Shown here in pieces: positions 25,304 to 36,945 of a DNA stretch of 64,000 nucleotides. Source of the DNA: Mobula hypostoma (taxonomy: Eukaryota); contig NC_086097.1 of NCBI RefSeq assembly GCF_963921235.1, forward strand, positions 101,248,001-101,312,000, in the 5' to 3' direction. The notes below the pieces were generated by a model. The model ran no database searches and was not told the DNA's origin. It saw only the letters and a list, made by a program, of their open reading frames with translations. The position numbers and the translations under genes are program-made. Position 1 is the stretch's first letter; the number at the start of each line of letters is the position of its first letter.

Positions 25304-28070
25304 TCTGATGGCAGTGAAGATCAATCACAGCAGCTATTACTGGGCCAAAGTGTTATTGTCTTTTTAAACATATTTTTAATGATCAGAAGATGCTGCTGAA
25401 CATTAAGAACTTAAAGAACGTGCAAAGGAGATGCACTGTCTCACAGTGAGCGACCATCTTAGTTGCTACCATTGTGATTGCAAGCCCCTGTTGGACATTG
25501 TTGATGTAGAATGCTGCAAGTTTGATTCACTGATTTATTGGTGAAGGGCGGGGGTGCTGGGTGGCCTCGGTTATGACGAGGACTGGGGGAAGCTGGAGGT
25601 CTCGGTTATGACGAGGACTGGGGGAGCTGGGTCCCTCGGTCGTGATGAGGACTGGGGGAGCTGGGTCCCTCGGTTATGACGAGGACTGGGGGAAGCTGGA
25701 GGTCTCGGTTATGACGAGGACTGGGGGGAGTTCGGTCCCTCGGTTATGACGAGGATTGGGGTGAGCTGGAGGTCTCAGTTATAACGAGGACCGGGGGGAG
25801 CTGTGTCCCTCAGTTATGACGAGGACTGGGGGAGCTGGGTCCCTCGGTCGGGATGAGGACTGGGGGAGCTGGGTTCTCGGTCGTGACGAGGACTGGGGGG
25901 AGCTGGGTCCCTCAGTTATGACGAAGACTGGGGGGAGCTGGGTCCCTCGGTTTTGACGAGGACTGGGGGAGCTGGGTCCCTCGGTTTTGACGAGGACTGG
26001 GGGAGCTGGGTCCCTCGGTTATGACGAGGACTGGGGGAGCTGGGTCCCTCAGTCGTGATGAGCACTGGGGGAGCTGGGTCCCTCGGTTATGACAAGGACT
26101 CGGGGGAGCTGGGTCCCTCAGTTATGACGAGGACTGGGGGAGCTGGGTCCCTCAGTTATGACGAGGACTGGGGGAGCTGGGTCCCTCGGTTATGACAAGG
26201 ACTCGGGGGAGCTGGGTCCCTCGGTTATGACGAGGACTGGGGGAGCTGGGTCCCTCGGTCGTGGTGAGGACTGGGGGAGCTGGGTCCCTCGGTTATGACG
26301 AAGACTGGGGGAGCTGGGTCCCTCGGTTATGATGAGGACTGGGGGGAGCTGGGTCCCTCGGTTATGACGAAGACTGGGGGAGCTGGGTCCCTCAGTTATG
26401 ACGAGGACTGGGGGAGCTGGGTCCCTCGGTCGTGGTGAGGACTGGGGGAGCTGGGTCCCTCGGTTTTGACGAGGACTGGGGGAGCTGGGTCCCTCGGTTT
26501 TGACGAGGACTGGGGGAGCTGGGTCCCTCGGTTATGACGAGGACTGGGGGAGCTGGGTCCCTCGGTTTTGACGAGGACTGGGGGAGCTGGGTCCCTCGGT
26601 CGTGGTGAGGACTGGGGGAGCTGGGTCCCTCGGTTTTGACGAGGACTGGGGGAGCTGGGTCCCTCGGTTTTGACGAGGACTGGGGGAGCTGGGTCCCTCG
26701 GTTATGACGAGGACTGGGGGAGCTGGGTCCCTCGGTTTTGACGAGGACTGGGGGAGCTGGGTCCCTCGGTTATGACGAGGACTGGGGGAGCTGGGTCCCT
26801 CGGTTTTGACGAGGACTGGGGGAGCTGGGTCCCTCGGTCGTGGTGAGGACTGGGGGAGCTGGGTCCTTCGGTCGTGGTGAGGACTGGGGGAGCTGGGTCC
26901 CTCGGTTTTGACGAGGACTGGGGGAGCTGGGTCCCTCGGTTTTGACGAGGACTGGGGGAGCTGGGTCCCTCGGTCGTGATGAGGACTGGGGGGAGCTGGG
27001 TCCCTCGGTTTTGACGAGGACTGGGGGAGCTGGGTCCCTCGGTTATGATGAGGACTGGGGGAGCTGGGTCCCTCAGTTATGACGAAGACTGGGGGAGCTG
27101 GGTCCCTCGGTTTTGATGAGGACTGGGGGAGCTGGGTCCCTCGGTTTTGATGAGGACTGGGGGAGCTGGGTCCCTCGGTTATGATGAGGACTGGGGGGAG
27201 CTGGGTCCCTCAGTTATGACGAAGACTGGGGGAGCTGGGTCCCTCGGTTTTGACGAGGACTGGGGGGAGCTGGGTTCCTCGGTCATGATGAGGACTGGGG
27301 GGAGCTGGGTCCCTCGGTTTTGACGAGGACTGGGGGAGCTGGGTCCCTCGGTTTTGACGAGGACTCGGGGGAGCTGGGTTCCTCGGTCGTGATGAGGATT
27401 GGGGGGAGCTGGGTCCCTCGGTCGTGATGAGGATTGAGGGGAGCTGGGTTCCTCGGTCATGATGAGGATTGAGGGGAGCTGGGTCCCTCGGTCGTGATGA
27501 GGACTGGGGGGAGCTGGGTCCCTCGGTCGTGATGAGGATTGAGGGGAGCTGGGTCCCTCGGTCGTGATGAGGATTGAGGGGAGCTGGGTCCCTCGGTCGT
27601 GATGAGGATTGAGGGGAGCTGGGTCCCTCGGTTGTGATGAGGATTGAGGGGAGCTGGGTCCCTCAGTCGTGACGAGGACTGGGGGAGCTGGGTCCCTCGG
27701 TTGTGACTGGGCCTCAAGCCACAGAGTCACCTGTTTGCAGCTGCCCAGGACGGAGGTGGAATCAGGGAGCTTCACTGAAGTGCTGGAGGTGGTGTGGCAC
27801 AACGTACATGCTGGAGTTGCTGCTACCCCCAGTGTCCACTCAGCAGAAGACAAGCTTTATTGTGTTCAACTGCAGACTGCTGCATGTTTCATGGACTCAG
27901 GGATCTGGACTATATTTTTTTGTGTGACTTCATTTTACTGATATCTTATATGTGCCTTGTGTTGTGTATGGCTGTTGGTAATGTGTTTTTCTCCTTGGCC
28001 CCAGAGGAACTCTGTTTTGTTTGGCTATTTCCATGTAGGGTTGAATGACAATTAAACTTGAAGTTGAACT
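25304..28070 (+). mobile_element. Unclassified retroposon with a (CTTGAA)n-like tail, containing the 34-bp minisatellite and inserted in an L2/Rex-type remnant
   Basis: Ends gacaattaaacttgaagttgaact. The host remnant reads through from gcttggtacagcagctgc to tctacacacgactgcaagaaactgcagagag. Confidence 0.55.
25560..27705. repeat. 34-bp minisatellite (TCGGTTATGACGAGGACTGGGGGAGCTGGGTCCC), about 63 copies
   Basis: Period read directly (26221 to 26255). Internal hairpin GTCC(C)TCG..CGAGGAC. Confidence 0.96.
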
Positions 28071-28481
28071 TGCTCTACACACGACTGCAAGAAACTGCAG
28101 AGAGTTGTAAACACAGCTCAGCTCATCATGGAAAGCAGCTCCCCCCCTTCAGAGATTCTGTCTGTACTTCTTGCTGGATCAGTAAAGCAATAAATCAGGC
28201 AGAAGATGCAGAAGCCTGAAAGCAGATACCATCAGACTCGAGGACAGCTTCGACCCACTGTTAGAAAACAATTGCGTAGTACAATTAGAAGGACTATTGA
28301 TCTCACAATCTACCTCGTTATGTTCCTGTGCCATACAGTATTGTCTACCTATGATGCTGCATTATCTATATAGCTGTTGTCACTTTATTCTGCATTGTTT
28401 TACATTGTCCTACCTGAATGCACGGCGTAGTGGTCTGATCTGTCTGAACATTGTGCAAGACAAGCTGTATTTTTGGTAAAG

Positions 28482-29085
28482 GAACATAAGAAACAGGAGC
28501 AGGAGTCGGCCACCTTGCCCGTCAGGCCTCCGGCACCATTCAATAAGGCCATAGCTGATCTGGCCGTGGACTCAGCTCCATCTGCCTGCCTTTTCCCCAG
28601 AATCCTCAATTCCCCCTCCCCCCATGCAAAAATCTATCTAACTGGGTCTTAAATATATTTACTGAGGCAGCCTCTACTGCCTCCTCGGGAGAGAAGTCCG
28701 CGGATTCACTACCCTCCGGGACAATCAGTTCCTTGTCATTTCTGTCCTATATCTACTCCCTGTGTCCCCTAGTTCTATTCTCATTTACCAGTGGAAACAA
28801 CTTTCCTGCCTCTATTCCTTTCATTATTTTATGTTTCTGTAAGATCTCCTCCCATTCTTCTCGACTCTAGTAACTCAATCTCTCCTCGGATGCTAACATC
28901 CTCATCTCCAGAACCAACCTGGTGAACCTCCTCTGCACCATATCCAAAGCCAGTATATCCTTCCTCAAGTAAGGAGACCAGAACTGCACGCAGTACTCCA
29001 GAAGTGGTCTCACCAGTACCCTGTAAAGTTGCAGCATAACCTCCCTGCTCTTAAATTCAATCCCTCTAGCAACAAAGGACAACAA
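28482..29085 (-). mobile_element. CR1-type LINE 3' fragment
   Basis: ORF 28867..29085 GIEFKSREVMLQLYRVLVRPLLEYCVQFWSP; tail ttcttatgttc. Confidence 0.85.
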
Positions 29086-29099
29086 TAATAAAGCAATTT

Positions 29100-29640
29100 T
29101 AATTCCAGTTCCAATCTGGAATACTGTGTGGAAATTTTGGCCACACAGTGTAATACCGTGTACCTAAGGATGTGTGGCCATGGGGAGTGTTCAGAGGAGT
29201 TTGACAGGGATGGTCGGGGCCTGATGTACATCACGGGGAGTGCCTGATGCCTGTGCCTTGGGCCTGTGCTCAGTGTAGTTCTGACAGATAAGGGGTAGGA
29301 TCTCACTGAAACTCACTGGATACTGAAAGTTCTAGATCAAAGAAACGTGAGAGAAATCGTCCACTAGTAAGAAACATCGGGTCTGAGGGTTCAGCCGCAA
29401 AATAAGGTGCTGTTCCTTGAAAACTGAGATGAGGAGGAATTTCTTCAATCAGCGGGTGGAATTTTCAGGCACGGAGGGATGAGGAAGCCAAATTATTGGG
29501 TATATTTAGGGTAGAGATCAATAGGTTCTTGATTGGTAAGGAGGTCATTAAAGATAGAAGAATGAGGTTGGAAAAAAATCATCATGATTGAATGGCAGAG
29601 ACTCGATGGGCTGCATGGCCGAATTCTGCTCCTTTTTCTT
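29100..29640 (+). mobile_element. Older degenerate CR1 3' fragment
   Basis: ctggaatactgtgtg..., gagatgaggaggaatttcttc, 3' end gatgggctgcatggccgaattctgctcct. Confidence 0.65.
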
Positions 29641-29655
29641 CTAGGGTAAGTGAAG

Positions 29656-29956
29656 ATGGCGCGTGGCCAAGTGGTTAAGTCTTTGGTCTAGTGATCTGAA
29701 GGTCACTAGTTCGAGCCTCAGCTGAGGCAACGTGTTGTGTCCTTGAGCAAGGCACTTAACCACATATTGTTCTGCAACAACACCGGTGCCAAGCTGTATC
29801 AGCCCTAGTGCCCTTCCCTTGGATAACATCCGTGGCATGGACAGGGGAGACTTGCGGCATGGGCAACTGCCGGTCTTCCATACAACCTTGGCCAGGCCTG
29901 CGCCCTGGAAACCTTCCAAGGCGCAAATCCATGGTCTCACCAGACTAACGGATGCC
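29656..29956 (+). mobile_element. tRNA-derived SINE with a CORE-like central domain; 9-bp TSD
   Basis: A-box TGGCCAAGTGG, B-box GTTCGAGCC, core gtgtccttgagcaaggcacttaacc. TAAGTGAAG at 29647-29655 and 29957-29965. Confidence 0.85.
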
Positions 29957-30527
29957 TAAGTGAAGCTGGATATGTAAGGCTGGAGAATGAATTATGCCAG
30001 GATCCTCCAAACCAGTCTCTAGGGATCGGGACATGCTTTCTGAACAGACTGTGAGCATGCCAGGGTTCTGCCTGCACACAGTCGGCCATACAGAGGAGGC
30101 AATTCTCTGGAATTGTTCCAGGTTGGTAATGCTTGCTTTCCAACCAGCAGCTCTGAAGGAACATCAGATGAATTATCTATGTTTCTGAAAAATGTTCTTT
30201 GAAAACAAATTAGTTGGTAAAATAAGGACGAACCAAAATATCTTAGATGAGTTTAATGTTGGATTGGTATAAATGGGGATTTTAGTGGGACGTGACTCTC
30301 CTGTTTAACGTTGGATTGGTTGTACATGCCGAGTTCACTCAACCTATTCTCATAGTTTAATGTTGTTTAACATTGGATTGGTGTAAATGGGGAATTGGTG
30401 GTGAGATGTGACTCTTCTGTTTAACATTGGATTGGTGTAAATGGGGGTGTTAGTGGGACGTGACTCTCCTGTTTAACATTGCATTGATGTAAATGGGGAG
30501 TTGGTGGTGGGATGTGACTCTCCTGTT

Positions 30528-30940
30528 TAGAAACATAGAAATCCTACAGCACAATACAAGCCCTTCGGCCCACCAAGTTGTGCCGAACATGCCCCTACCT
30601 TTGAAATTACTAGGTTTACCTATAGCCCTCTATTTTTCTAAGCTCCATGTACCTATCCAAAAGTCTCTTAAAAGACCCTATCGTATCCACCTCCACCACC
30701 GTGGCCGGCAGCCCATTCCACACACTCACCACTCTCTGAGTGAAAAAAACTTACCCCTGACATCTCCTCTGTACCTACATCCCAGCACCTCTTGTGGCAA
30801 CCATCTCAGCCCTGGGGAAAAGCCTCTGACTATCCACACGATCAATGCCTCTCATCATCTTATACACCTCTATCAGGTCACCTCGCATCCTCTGTCGTTC
30901 CAAGGAGAAAAGGCCGAGTTCACTCAACCTATTCTCATAG
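30528..30940 (-). mobile_element. 5'-truncated CR1 LINE, same family as the split copy at 11903/16585
   Basis: Shares tatccacacgatcaatgcctctcatcatcttatacacctctatca with 16772-16820; tail ttctatgtttcta. Confidence 0.85.
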
Positions 30941-31189
30941 TTTAATGTTGTTTAATGTTGGATTGGTGTAAATGGGGAGTTGGTGGTGGTACGTGACTCT
31001 CCTGTTTAATGTTGGATTGGTGTTAATGGGGAGTTGGTGGTGAGATGTGACTCTCCTGTTTAACTTTGGATTGGTGCAAATGGGGGTGTTAGTGGGACGT
31101 GATTCTCCTGTTTAATGTTGGATTGGTGTAAATGGGGAGTTGGTGGTGGGATGTGACTCTCCTGTTTAACGTTGGATTAGTGTAAATGG

Positions 31190-32138
31190 TATGAAGTCCG
31201 TCAGGGCTGTCTCCTCTCCCCCACTCTCTTCAACGTCTTCCTGGAACGAATCATGAGTATTGCCCTTGAAGATCCTGTGGGCACAGTCAGCATCGGAGGG
31301 AGGAATATCACAAACATAAGATTTGCTGACGACATTGATGGACTTGCAGGAAAAGAGGACGAACTGGCCAACCTGGTCAGCCATCTTGACAGAGCCTCCA
31401 CAAAGTTTGAAATGGAATTAAGTGCCGAGAAAACCAAGCTCATGGCAAATGCCAATGGTGGCATCACAACAGACATCTTAGTCCATGGTCAGAAACTTGA
31501 GACAGTGCAGCAGTTCAGATACCTGGGGGTAATCATCAGTGATGAAGGATCAAGACCAGAAGTCCTGGCAAGAACTGCACAGACGATGACTGCACTATCC
31601 AAACTCAAGACAATATGGAGGGACAGCAATATCACCATGAAGTACAAGATCAGACTCCTGCGTGCATTGGCATTCTCCATCTTCCTGTACGCATGTGAGA
31701 CATGGACCCTCACAGCAGAGCGACAGAGGAAGATACAGGCATTGGAAATGAGATGCTGTCGCAACATCTTGGGCGTCTCATACTTGGACCACATCACAAA
31801 TGAGCAGGTCCGCAAGACCATCCAGCACCACAATGGCCCCCATGAAGACCTTCTCACAACGATGAAGAAAAGACAGCTGAGATGCTATGGCCACGTAACA
31901 AGATCCAGTGGCCTTGCAAAGGCTGTTCTACAAGGAACTGTGGAGGGGAAGAGAAAGGGGTAGACAGAGGAAAAGATGGATGGACAACATTAAAGAATGG
32001 ACAGGGAAAACATTTGCAGTGACCCAGGCTCTGGCACACAACCGCGACAGATGGGACAGACTGGTGCAAAGCTTGTCATGACAGAGCCTCGACAATTCCA
32101 CCAGGAGTTAAGGGCGCAAGGCAAGGCAAGGCAAGGCA
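31190..32138 (+). mobile_element. 5'-truncated RTE-clade LINE, nearly intact RT C-terminal half, (GCAAG)n tail, 11-bp TSD
   Basis: VRQGCLLSPTLFN, NIRFADD, FLYACETWTL (ORF 31253..31963). AGTGTAAATGG at 31179-31189 and 32139-32149. Confidence 0.9.
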
Positions 32139-32277
32139 AGTGTAAATGGGGGTGTTGGTGGGATATGACTCTCCTGTTTAGCTGGGTGACCCAGTTGTAG
32201 TGAGTGGCTCTGGGAAGATGCAGGTTGCAGTGGTCTGAAGGGGTTGGTTTTGAGATGTTCCCATTGATACTTCGTTA

Positions 32278-32481
<204 letters not shown>

Positions 32482-32551
32482 CTAACAAAGAACATATTTC
32501 TTAAACTTTCAATAAATTTCATAGAAAACACACAAAAAGTTGTCTGGCAAG

Positions 32552-32576
32552 CAGAGGGGTGTGTGTATGTGTGTGT

Positions 32577-32608
<32 letters not shown>

Positions 32609-33774
32609 TGGAGAGAGAGATGGAGATGGAGACGGAGACGGAGGGAGAGACGTGTATGTGTGTGTGAGAGAGAGAGAGAGAGATGGAGATGGAGACGGAG
32701 ATGGAGGGGGAGACGGAGGGGAGGGGGAGGGGTGTGTGTATGTGTGTGTGAGAGACAGACAGAGAGAGAGAGAGAAATGGAGATGGAGACGGAGACGGAG
32801 GGGGAGACGTGTATGTGTGTGTGAGAGAGAGAGATGGAGATGGAGACGGAGATGGAGGGGGAGACGTGTATGTGTGTGTGAGAGACAGACAGAGAGAGAG
32901 ACGGAGACGGAGACGGAGGGGGAGACGGAGATGGAGGGGGGTGTGTGTATGTGTGTGAGAGAGAGAGACAGAGAGAGAGAGAGAGATGGAGAGAGAGATG
33001 GAGATGGAGACGGAGACGGAGGGAGAGACGTGTATGTGTGTGTGAGAGAGAGAGAGAGAGATGGAGATGGAGACGGAGATGGAGGGGGAGACGGAGGGGA
33101 GGGGGAGGGGTGTGTGTATGTGTGTGTGAGACACAGACAGAGAGAGAGAGAGAGATGGAGATGGAGACGGAGACGGAGGGGGAGACGTGTATGTGTGTGT
33201 GAGAGACAGACAGAGAGAGAGACGGAGACGGAGACGGAGACGGAGGGGGAGACGGAGACGGAGGGGGAGACGGAGATGGAGGGGGAGACGTGTATGTGTG
33301 TGTGAGAGAGAGAGATGGAGATGGAGACGGAGACGGAGGGGGAGACGTGTATGTGTGTGTGAGAGAGAGAGAGAGAGATGGAGATGGAGACGGAGATGGA
33401 GGGGGAGACGGAGGGGGAGACGGAGGGGAGGGGGAGGGGTGTGTGTATGTGTGTGTGAGAGACAGAGAGAGAGAGAGAGAGAGATGGAGATGGAGACGGA
33501 GACGGAGGGGGAGACGTGTATGTGTGTGTGAGAGACAGACGGAGACGGAGACGGAGACGGAGGGGGAGACGGAGACGGAGGGGGAGACGTGTATGTGTGT
33601 GTGAGAGAGAGAGATGGAGATGGAGACGGAGACGGAGATGGAGGGGGAGACAGAGGGGGAGACGGAGGGGAGGGGGAGGGGTGTGTGTATGTGTGTGTGA
33701 GAGACAGACAGAGATGGAGACGGAGATGGAGGGGGAGACGGAGGGGGAGACGGAGACGGAGGGAGAGACGTGTA

Positions 33775-33806
<32 letters not shown>

Positions 33807-34053
33807 GGAGATGGAGACGGAGATGGAGGGGGAGACAGAGGGGGAGACGGAGGGGAGGGGGAGGGGTGTGTGTATGTGTGTGTGAGAGACAGACAGAGAT
33901 GGAGACGGAGACGGAGGGGGAGACGTGTATGTGTGTGTGAGAGACAGACAGAGAGAGAGACGGAGACGGAGACGGAGACGGAGGGGGAGACGTGTATGTG
34001 TGTGTGAGAGAGAGAGATGGAGATGGAGACGGAGACGGAGGGGGAGACGTGTA

Positions 34054-34085
<32 letters not shown>

Positions 34086-34650
34086 GGAGATGGAGACGGA
34101 GATGGAGGGGGAGACAGAGGGGGAGACGGAGGGGAGGGGGAGGGGTGTGTGTATGTGTGTGTGAGAGACAGACAGAGATGGAGACGGAGACGGAGGGGGA
34201 GACGTGTATGTGTGTGTGAGAGACAGACAGAGAGAGAGACGGAGACGGAGACGGAGACGGAGGGGGAGACGTGTATGTGTGTGTGAGAGAGAGAGATGGA
34301 GATGGAGACGGAGACGGAGGGGGAGACGTGTATGTGTGTGTGAGAGAGAGAGAGAGAGAGATGGAGATGGAGACGGAGATGGAGGGGGAGACGGAGGGGG
34401 AGACGTGTATGTGTGTGTGAGAGAGAGAGAGAGAGAGATGGAGATGGAGACGGAGATGGAGGGGGAGACGGAGGGGGAGACGGAGGGGAGGGGGAGGGGT
34501 GTGTGTATGTGTGTGTGAGAGACAGACAGAGAGAGAGAGAGAGACGGAGACGGAGGGGGAGACGTGTATGTGTGTGTGAGAGAGAGAGAGAGAGAGATGG
34601 AGATGGAGACGGAGATGGAGGGGGAGACGGAGGGGAGGGGGAGGGGAAGA
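32552..34650. repeat. Compound microsatellite array: (GT)n, (GA)n, (GAGATG/GAGACG)n and G-run modules in higher-order units
   Basis: Directly visible. Fills about 90% of intron 32374..34687. Confidence 0.96.
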
Positions 34651-34687
34651 AGGAGAGGAAACAAATAAATTTTATCAAGGCCCTCAC

Positions 34688-34740
34688 CTCTTTCTGTTCC
34701 CGCTGCAGACACAGTTCTTCAGTCTCCTCCATTAGTTTGT
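34688..34740 (-). CDS. PLEKHD1: PLEKHD1(-like) exon: (D)KLMEETEELCLQREQKE
   Basis: Acceptor ttcacag, donor gtgagg, 53 nt. Same peptide begins ORF 32519..34732. Confidence 0.93.
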
Positions 34741-35524
34741 CTGTGAATCACATTCGCACAGCCCCAGTTAATTAAATGCTGCTAATGGTCAGTCCAAGGC
34801 CTGTCCCACCTCCTTGCATTACCCACTGTCAGTATCAGCAGTGTGAACTTAAACAAAGGTAACAAACGGGGGTACGGTTGTACATAACTGGACTAGGAAT
34901 ACCATTTAAATCTCACCAGGGTGGTTTGAATCTGCATATAAAATAGTCAGTGCTGAGGTTGTGACACTGTGCTCGGTAAATGCCCCTTTAGTGACAGAAA
35001 GCTCCAGACGGTGATCTGACACTGTTGTCCCATTATACCTGAGTCCCCTCAGACCCAACATCCTACGACACTGGGGTGGCCCAACAAACCTGAACTAGCT
35101 GAAAGTCGAGAATCATCCATTCAGGAAGGCAGAAGCCCATGTGCCAATTCAGAGGCAGCTTCAAATTCCGGGGTGCTGACATCAGATGACCTTCCTGGAG
35201 CCAGCACATAGAGGCGATCACAAGGAAGGCGTGCCAGCACCTCTGCTTTCTGAGCATCTAGAGGAGATTTGGTATGTCAGCAAATACCCTAACTAACTTC
35301 TCCAGATGTACTGTTGGAAATATCCTGACTGGATGCATCATGGCCTGCTGTGACATTCTAACACACAGGAACACAAGAAGGTACAGAGAGTAGTGGACAC
35401 AACATGGTCCATCACAGACACAGCTCTCCCCATCTACAGAGGGCACTGACTCACAAAGGTGGTACTTATCTAAGCTCAAAATTCAAAGTACACTTACTAT
35501 CAATGTATGTATACAGTACATGAG

Positions 35525-36945
35525 AAATTCTGCAGATACTGGAAATTCAAAGCAATAGCAGGCAGCAAGGCAGCACCTCTGGAAGTGAACAAATAGTCAA
35601 ACGTTTTGGGCTGAGACCCTTCTTCTGGACTTAGAAGGGAGGGGGACGATGCCAGAATAAAAAGGAGGAGGAAGGGGAAGGAGATGATCTGAAAGGTGAT
35701 AGGCGAAGCCAGGTGGGTGGAAAGATCAAGGGCTAGAGAAGGAGGAATCTGATAGGAGAGGAGATGGACCACAGGAGAAAAGGGAAGGAAGAGGGGACCC
35801 AAGCGGAAGCAATAGGCAGGTGTAAGACAGAAAAAAGTGTGGGGGGGGGGAATTTGTTTACCAGAAAGAGAAACTGATATTCATGCCATCAGGTTGGAGG
35901 ATACCCAGACAGAAAAGAAGATTTGCTCTTCCATCTCGAGGGTGGTCTCACCGTGGTAGAAAAGGAGGCCATGGATCATCAAGTTAGAATGGGAATTGGA
36001 ATCGGAATTGAAATGTTTGGGCACTGGGAAATCTCACTTGTGACAGATGGTCCAGAGGTGCTCGATGAAGCAGGTCCCTCAATTTATGACGGGTCTCACT
36101 GATGTAGAGAGGCTGCATCAGGAGCACCGGATATGATAGATGACCCCAGCAGATTCACAGGTGAAGTGTTGCCTCACCTGGAAGGACTGTCTGGAGTCCT
36201 GAGTGGAGGTGTATGGGCAGGTGTACCACTTGGGCCACTTGCAGGGATATATGCTGAGAGGGAGATTAGTGGAGAGGGAGAGGTAGACAACTGAGAAAAA
36301 GGAATAGCATTTTTACAGGTGATAGAGAGGGAAGAGGTATAGTTGAGATAAACTTAAAGATAAACGTGGGAATCAGTAGGTTTATAGAAAATGTTGGTTC
36401 ACAGTTTGTCTCCAGAAATGGAGAAAGAAAGATTGAGAGAGGGGAGGGAGGTGTTAGAGATGGACCAACTGAATTTAAGGGCAGGGTGGAAGTTAGAGGC
36501 AAAATTGATAGAATTAACGAGGAGTGCATGAAGCAGCACCAACACAGCGGAGAAAGAGTTGGGGAGTATCACTGGGGAGGACTTCGATCATGGACTGTTC
36601 TATGTAGCTGGAGCCCATGCTAGTGCCCATGGCTCCCCCTCAAATTTGGAGAAAGTGTGAGGGGCCAAAGGGAAAGTTGTTGAGGGTGAGGGCCAGTTCT
36701 GCCAGACAGACAGAGGAGGGTGGTGGTGGAGGGGAATTGGCTGGTTCTTTCGGCAAGAAAGAAGTGGAGGGGTTTGAGGCTTCCTTGAAGTGTATAGGGA
36801 CTGAACATCCATGGTGAAGATGAGGTGGTCAGGGCCAGGGAATTGAAAGTTACGGAGGAGATTGAGGGCATGAGAAGTGTCATGGATGTGGGTGGGAAGG
36901 GACTGAACCAAGGGGGATAGAATGGAATTGAAGTATGAGGACACA
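35525..36945 (-). mobile_element. Older degenerate Penelope-like element with a mutated hammerhead (35595..35631)
   Basis: ILSPLVQSLPTHIHDTSHAL..FTMDVQSLYTS in ORF 36600..37100; caggtgaagtgttgcctcacctggaaggactgt shared with 12937-12970. Hammerhead core altered to CAGAAGA/AAAAC. Confidence 0.85.

Larger units (their letters stand above)
30252..32180. repeat. 54-bp tandem repeat (TTTAATGTTGGATTGGTGTAAATGGGGAGTTGGTGGTGGGATGTGACTCTCCTG) interrupted by a CR1 and an RTE
   Basis: Period 30961 to 31015. Units continue on both sides of each insertion. Confidence 0.9.

Noticed and set aside
29656..29730. tRNA gene
   Set aside because: The A and B boxes belong to a SINE head; it continues into a CORE-like body and is flanked by a TSD.
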